Source: the human T2T-CHM13v2.0 reference genome, Homo sapiens
Direction: 5' to 3' (one strand)
NCBI RefSeq assembly: GCF_009914755.1
Contig: NC_060927.1
Length of the DNA stretch: 64,000 nt
Shown: in pieces, positions 56,781-64,000 of the stretch
Numbering within the stretch: position 1 is the stretch's first letter
How the letters are laid out: each line of letters begins with the position of its first letter
Notes under the pieces: generated by a model
Told to the model about the DNA's origin: nothing
The model's input: the letters and a program-made list of their open reading frames with translations, nothing else
The model's database searches: none
Made by a program: the position numbers and the translations under genes

Positions 56781-59700
56781 AATTAATGTAAACATAAAAA
56801 TTACTCGTTTGATCTTACTAGAAAAATATATGCTTTTGATTACTGGTCTCATCTTCTAAAAAGGATTTATTTCTACTTTATCTTTAGCTTTACCTTCAAC
56901 ATCTGGCCCAAATTTATTTTGTACTGGAGAGGAATACTACCTTCTGCATGCCTAGAAGCATGCCTCTTACCAGCAGACATCTTCCAAGGGAAATGATGTG
57001 GAGCAAAGGAATGAGCACACAAACACTCATGTCTTAAGTCTAAAACAAAAACCCAAAAGTGTTTGCTTTGTATCGCATATTATTTTTTTATTTTGTATTT
57101 TCCATTCTCTTTTCATTTCACCATGGATGTTTTCTACAAGCCTATACTTATACTTACTAATGCTTTCTTCCGTTAATCTTCCATTAAAATCCATACTGAA
57201 CTCTTAATTTTAAAAATAATTAAAATTATTGTTTAAACATTTCTATTTTTAAGATTTTTATATTGTTTCTTTAGAAAATAAATTCTAGTTCTCTGGTAAA
57301 ATTCTTTATCCTGTCAAATATTTTCTTGAACATATTAAGGTTTTTTCAAAGTCTGTGCTTGTTCACTCCAAAAAAATAGTGTGCCTACATGTCTGTTTCT
57401 TATATATGTATATAAAAATTACCACAAAAAAAGGAATCTAATTTATAGTGACAATAGATCAGTGGTTGACTGTGGCTGTGAGCAGGGGAAGGAATTAACA
57501 ATAAAGAGGCATAGGTAAATATTTTGGGGAGAAGAAAATTTTCTGTACTTTGATAGTGGTAGTAGTTACATAATGTCAAGTTTTTCTTTTGGTCTCATAC
57601 TGTTACATACTCTTTAGTTATTCATCTAATGTTAGATATTTTGTATGAAATAAAACTAAGCTACTCCTTCATACATTACAAAATATTGAAAGCTTAACAT
57701 GTGCCAGTCCTTTTACTGGGGATCTAGCACTAAAACAGGACAGACACAGCTTCCATACTGACAGAGCTTCCAGTTCCTTGGTGGACCTTTCTAATTCCTG
57801 AAGTTCTTTGGGCTTTCAAAGTTGTTCACACTCTTTTATTTACCCAGAATGCCATGGTCCCTGTGTTTGTATGCTCAAATCATATACATATTTTTAAATG
57901 TTACAATTTTTAAATACAATTTTAAATGTTACAGCCTCAATAAATCTGTCTATATTAAAAGTAATCTTATGTTAGTCTGAGCTTTCATGTTAAATGATCT
58001 GTTCCTCTAGTGGTATTTATATAATCTGCCTGCCTGGTAATATTAATGAAGTATCCCATATAACCAGATTTCAAACTCTTTAAGTACAAGGACCTTGTCT
58101 TACTAACTCTTGTATGTACTATGGTATGTAAAAAAGTGCCTGATCGTAGTAAACATATGTATTAAGTGAATATTTGACTGTGTCATTATAATGTTTATAA
58201 AATTATAGTCCATGTTTTAATATTTTCTACCTAATAATTCACCACTCTACTTACTCCTAATTATTGAGCTCGAATCACTTATAACCCTACCATAACTAAT
58301 TCTAGCTTGCAGCTTCCATGATACTCTACTATGCTGACAAACCAGATAATCAAGCTTATTAAGGAATATGTATTAAGTAAATGTAATTAGGCTTTTAGGG
58401 AGGGTGTAATGACTTTTCATACATTAAATCATGGCTTGAAAGTTTTGCTTCAAATCTGATTGCTTAGACTGTTTTCTCAACATCCACATTTTGGGGCTAT
58501 ATTTTAAAGCATTAGACAATGGTTTCCAGAAATCTGACCTCCATAAAAATAGGGCATTGCATTGCTAGAAAAAATTATCCCTTTTATAGAAAATGGCCAT
58601 TCTAACACTGAATATGTGTCCTTTCTGACAAATGGATTCTGGTGTTCAGGACTCAGAACCAGACAGCTGTCACAGTACCACGGAGGATTCCTCTAAATTG
58701 TAGCAGATGGTGCTACTTATTTGGCCATCTAATGCTATTCTGAAGCATCAGTTGGCCAACTGCTGTGGTGGAGGTATGAAAATAGAAGATTTATTTAGAG
58801 CCAGAGGATGCAAGCACAAATATTTTGGAATACAGAGTTTAAACTGATATGGAAAATTTGTATCCAACAAATTGACAGGCAAGATCCATTAGAGGGTGTG
58901 GTTATAAAACACCATCCCTCAGATGAAAGCATTCATGGAAAATATAACCTCTTTGGCCAGCTGTCTTATAATCTCTTCCATGCCCCTTTCCCGTGACGTG
59001 CACATAGCCACAGGCATACTACATAAGCACACACACACCACATGTATTTCCATACATACATTTGCTAATCGGTCTGCAATTTAAATTTAATACCGCTTAG
59101 GAACCAGCTGGGTCACCTGTAGCTGGTCTGTGGAAATATGCACAGTATGTGTTGGTGATCTACACTAGAAGAGGTCCTCTCAATTTTATCTTTAAGGTAG
59201 CAGCTGCAGTCTTGTATAGCTTATGCCAATATACAGTAATCTGTGTTTTCTGCAACACAGTGATATCAGGCATTTTGGTCACACTTTTAGCCATTTCCAT
59301 AGAAGCTATGGATCAATCTTTATCAGAATTAAATCTAGTTAATTAACACTCTGCTTGCCATTGCCAAGAATACAATTTTTAAGTACTTCCTTAATTCTTA
59401 TTTATATCATTAACTATTTACATACATAGATTAAAGATAGCTTACAACAGCTATTTAATAGAATACTAGTGCAACATAAACCCTTTTATAAAGTCGATAC
59501 ATTCTTATTATGTTTACAGTGAGCTTCTTAAGAAAAATGAACTAATTAAATTATTCAACCAAACATAAATTTATATTGGTATACTACATTACCTAAAAGG
59601 AGGTGAGTTAAAAAGTAAAAAATACACAGAAAACTGAGAGATTATTTTCAAGCATCTGTATTAGAGGTTCAGCATAATATGGCACATGAATTGGAAACAC

Positions 59701-60231
59701 TAACATACAAATAAAAATGACATACTGAAATAGACCTAAATTAATGACTAGAACAGCTTTGCATGGCTTATTAGTAAAAGTAAGTGAGACTGTGGTGCAG
59801 AAAAAAAAGCCTTTAAAACACAGAAAGAGCACTTAACCAAAAAGGAAGTTCCCCAAATTGGTCAAGATCAAAGGCAAACAAGAAATTGAAACAGCAATTA
59901 AAACAGAAGTAAATGAATAAATAAATAAATACAGTTTTACAATTAAGTTGAGAATTTTTTCATGATAACCTCAGGTGTGGTTAAAAGCATTTTAAATAAA
60001 ACCAAAGGAGGGCACAGAATAGGTGTGGAGAATATTCATGGGCAGAGCATACAACATACCTTCTTGGGGGCTAGTGAGGCAGAAGCAGACAGGCACAGGC
60101 AATATGAATACTTTTCTCCTTATAAGAGAAAATTTCTTCCAAATTATCTTTACAACTGTTTCTAAGTCCTTGAAATGCCTGTGAGAAAATTTAGGGGCAA
60201 ACAGTCTTCTGTGACAATAAGAACCAGCAGA

Positions 60232-60736
60232 GGAAACCATCATTCTCAGCAAACTATCGCAAGGACAAAAAAACAAACACCGCGTGTTCTCACTCATAGG
60301 TGGGAATTGAACAATGAGAACACTTGGACACAGGAAGGGGAACATCACACACTGGGGCCTGTTGTGGGGTGGGGGAAGGGAAGAGGGATAGCCTTAGGAG
60401 ATATACCTTATGTAAATGACGAGTTAATGGGTGCAGCACACCAACATGGCACAGGTATACATATGTAACAAACCTGCACGTTGTGCACATGTACCCTAGA
60501 ACTAAAAGCATTAAAAAATAAAAATAAAAAAATAAAAAAAAACTCAAAAAAATTGCTCTAAAAACTAACATCTTTAAGAATTTAAAAAAAAAAAAACAGA
60601 AAATGTTAACGAAGATATATCAAAATTTAACCTTTTGTGTACGGCTGGTCAGAATGTAAAATGGGGCAGCTGCTATAAAAAACACTGTTGTGGTTCATCA
60701 AAAAATTAAAAGTAAAATTACCACATGAAAAAAAAA
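60232..60736 (+). mobile_element. 5'-truncated L1PA4-like element with a 3' transduction
   Basis: L1 3' UTR at 60232-~60512, A tail, ~185 bp extra sequence, final A tail. TSD aagaaccagcaga at 60219-60231 and 60737-60749. Confidence 0.92.
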
Positions 60737-61184
60737 AAGAACCAGCAGAAATAATAATACTCTTAGTTGTCAAAATTTATCAACAGTCTCTTGTTTGACA
60801 GCCACTGCCATATCTGTGTCACTTTTGTCCCAGCTTAACTCTTTGCCCCCACTTGAGATTTAGGGTTCAAATTGTTTACATTTTATTGATTGCCTTTAAA
60901 GACAAGACTTACTGCTAATTTGCTACCTGGCTTGTTTAAACCCCACCCTATCTCCTATTTTTTGCTACCGTCACCCCCACTCAACTCTCGCACAATGAAT
61001 TAGGCCTGGTACCCAATTTTCCATTCACATTTCTGGTTTCCATGTCTATCTCAAGCTCTTAAACTATGCCTCTGTTACATTTCATTTCATAATATGTGGA
61101 AGAAAGGCTGTAAAGATCCAGCAGTGGTAAAAACACGGTATGCTCAGATGAAATTAATAAACCAGACTTAGACAATCTGTGCTA

Positions 61185-61440
61185 CAACGGTTAATATTCA
61201 TTAAGTACTAAGGGATAAGTTCTGTTTTAAACACTTTTCATACTTTAATTCATTTAATCATACAAAAACTGTGTATTATAAGTAACAATTACCTAATTTT
61301 AAGAATAAGAAAACTGAATGACAGGTTAAATAATAAAACTTCTAATACACCTATACTGCTAGCTCATGGCAGAGCTAGGATTTGAACACAGGTAGTTTAG
61401 AGTCAGAGTTCACCCTATTTTCCATTATGCTGTATGATAT
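61185..61440 (-). mobile_element. MIR SINE
   Basis: 'aattttaagaataagaaaactga...ggcagagctaggatttgaacacaggtagtttagagtcagag'. Confidence 0.75.
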
Positions 61441-62967
61441 CTACTTGAGAATTAAAAAACATTAAAAGACAAAACAATGCAATTAGGATTATATGTAAAT
61501 TACCATTACAAATTATAATTTTTCAGGAACATCAATGAATTATGAACACCTTTCTGTGAGCTTATCAAGAAATTAGATTCCAGAGAGGCTGAGTAATTCA
61601 GACTAATGAGCCCATAGTTACCCATGTTCAGATTAAATAGAAAGAGAATCTCTAACTACAGGTAGAATCTGAAAAAGCTTCCAAAGTTTTGATGAAATTG
61701 AAGTTGTTGTCTATTTTTTTTTAGGTATATCCTTCAGGTATATCCACTTCTTTTGGAAGCTTCAAAGCAAAGCAGGTATACAGATGTCATATGACTATAA
61801 GATAACTCCGATGTACATTAGGGATCCTTGTCTATATAAAGAGAGTAGATGGAGTTATTATGCTACATAGAGTGAAAACTGGTATTTCACTGATGAGGGA
61901 AGTGCCAACGGAATGACGCATTGAACTTAAGTAAGAGAACAAGGTTATAGGATAGATTTCATAGCCTTTAAATAATTAACCATTAATTAACATAGTTAAT
62001 TACATAAAGACTTTGAAGCAATTATAATTACTTGAGGTGAGAGGAAGCAGTTGAAATAGGCAGGTTGGTAAGTATATTTGAGATCTATAAATATTTTGCA
62101 CGATGGTTAGCAATCTGGTTTACTTTCTTTTTTTATGCCCGAAGGTATTTTGCAAGTCTGTCTGCATGTCCTGGAGTTATTCCGGGTAGTCATCTCATGA
62201 GCTTTTCTAAGATTGATGCCAGAAAATATTGTTGAATCAGGAACATATTTGGAATGAGTGAGGATGTTCCAAGTTGATAGTATATGACATTGTTAAAAAA
62301 ATATGTGTACATGTTTTTGCCTGGTCAGGGCTCTTTGAGCAAAGATTGCTAGCAACATGAGTCAAATGACTGAATAGTAAGGTTAAGATGTATGCCTCTA
62401 AAAAATACAGAGCTTTATTTCCCTGAAGATTCGTGTTTACGTTTCAATTAAAAAAAAAAAAAAACCTAGAGCTATTTGTTTACATTCTAAAATGTTATTG
62501 GAAGCATCAAGGATCTTCCCTATCTCTTCCCAAAAAAAATTGTTTCCATGAGAGAGCAACATTTTCTCCCCATCTATCTGGGAGAAAAGTTCCTACATAA
62601 ACTATATTGTATAGTTTTGGAGTTTCTCACTTGTAGCACAAAACCCCCTTTTGCACATGCAGATGACATCTGTTCTCATTGTGTCACCCCAAAGGGATAA
62701 AAAGAATACCAGAGCTGAGATTGCTACATAAGTAAATAATTGCCTATTTCTTATCCAGATATCTTCAAGATAAAAAAATACAGATATTAAAAATTTATTA
62801 TTTAAAAATAGGAATGTTTCAAGGTTTGTGCTTGGCTAGTGTGTTTGTTCTGTATGAATGCTTCCTGGAACAAATATCTCCCAGATATTTTTGTGCAAGG
62901 TATTAATATGTGTTGCACAAGTGAAAGGATTACATGATTAAGTAAGTTTGAGAAACATGGCATACCA

Positions 62968-62973
<6 letters not shown>

Positions 62974-63004
<31 letters not shown>

Positions 63005-63008
63005 GTCT
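62974..63008. repeat. (CT)n microsatellite
   Basis: Direct observation. Confidence 0.9.
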
Positions 63009-63301
63009 CGGGTACATCAAAATTGGGTTCTGAAAACCCCTACACTAAACAAACGTGTTCAGTCTTCACTCTGTGTTTCCAAGTCAGTAATGCCGTTGGA
63101 GAATGAACTCATAGCTTCTTCTTATCCCCCAAATGTGTCAGAAAAGTATCCTGAAGTTAGTGCCATATTCATGAATGTATTTTCTGTGTAAATGTCTCAG
63201 GAGACTTACTAGTTAGTGTTATTTTTCCTCTCATTGTCCTCAATGTCCTAAAAAAAGTCACTCTATTGGCCCTCTACAAAGCAACTACTATTCAAAAAAC
63301 G

Positions 63302-63670
63302 CAGTGATTTTTCAACACTTCAAGCTCTTTAAAATCACCCAGGTAGCTTTTAATAATACCAATCCCTGTGTCCCAAAGCATGGCAATTAAAAGAGAACCT
63401 CTAAGAATGAGTCAGGAATGTGTAAGATTTAAAAGCTTCCCAGGTGATTCTAATGTATAGCCAGGCTTAAGAACCTGCCCCACTCACCAATACAGAGCAG
63501 TTGTTCTCAAACTTTAATGAATGTAGGCATCACCTGCATATGAATGCAGACACCCACAGAGGTTATTATTCAGCAGGTCAAAGGTGGGCTAGAAAACTCC
63601 TTTTTAAATGAATACTCCAGATGCTTCTGATATGAGTCCTCAATGAGCACCCTTTGAGATACACAGACAT
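63302..63670. mobile_element. Two adjacent MER5A/B-like hAT-Charlie elements
   Basis: cagtgatttttcaac...ttcccaggtgattctaatgtatagccaggcttaagaacc, and cagttgttctcaaacttt...cacccttt. Confidence 0.7.
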
Positions 63671-64000
63671 AGGCTAAACCCACCCCCTGCCTGCATCAGG
63701 ATAGTCAATCAAAAATTCTATCTTCTGGAAATCAAAGGATGATATTTTAATTCTCCCCTATTCAAACAAGGGGTGTGAAATAATTTTAGAATTCTAACAG
63801 CAAAGTTTAGACTCCTTTTTAATGTCTCTGGCAGACTATGGGTGAGAATAAGCAGTCTATTCTCCAGTAGTTTGATTCAGCTGCAAGAAGGAAAGCCCAG
63901 ATACCCTAACAGCATTCTTCTGTGACAATTCATAAATCTGGCTCCTCAGAGCAGTTATTCCACCTGTAGAATATAGAAGATTCAGCCTGCATAATGAATT

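Noticed and set aside
57415-57580. Similarity to 56265-56350
   Set aside because: Both look like diverged L1M 3'-UTR fragments; identity is too low for a recent duplication.
61712-61750. Splice-acceptor-like ttttttttag followed by a short repeat (aggtatatcc x2)
   Set aside because: There is no supporting exon or ORF context, and such motifs are common by chance.

Overview
This is catarrhine-primate (human-like) genomic DNA: AT-rich, CpG-depleted and dominated by transposable elements. I recognise no host exon, RNA gene, CRISPR array or prokaryotic system, and the short ORFs in the track are repeat-derived or chance. The centrepiece is a ~7.26 kb two-LTR HERV-H provirus (32552-39811, + strand) inserted into a MER5A-like DNA transposon. 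It has a tRNA-His PBS and decayed gag/pro/pol/env. Its leader is unusual: the segment from the PBS to the splice-donor site is inverted, part of the PBS is duplicated, the major splice donor is deleted, and a 12-unit G6/C6 tandem array follows. Other readable events are an L1PA with a twin-priming 5' inversion (10673-12008), an L1PA4-like element with a possibly serial 3' transduction (60219-60749), a Zaphod/MER91-type hAT fossil, a MADE1 MITE, six Alus, THE1/MLT LTRs and several templated-insertion scars. All family and subfamily names come from my recall of consensus sequences, not from a search. I found no evidence of a new multi-gene biological system; the findings are mechanistic and regulatory oddities.
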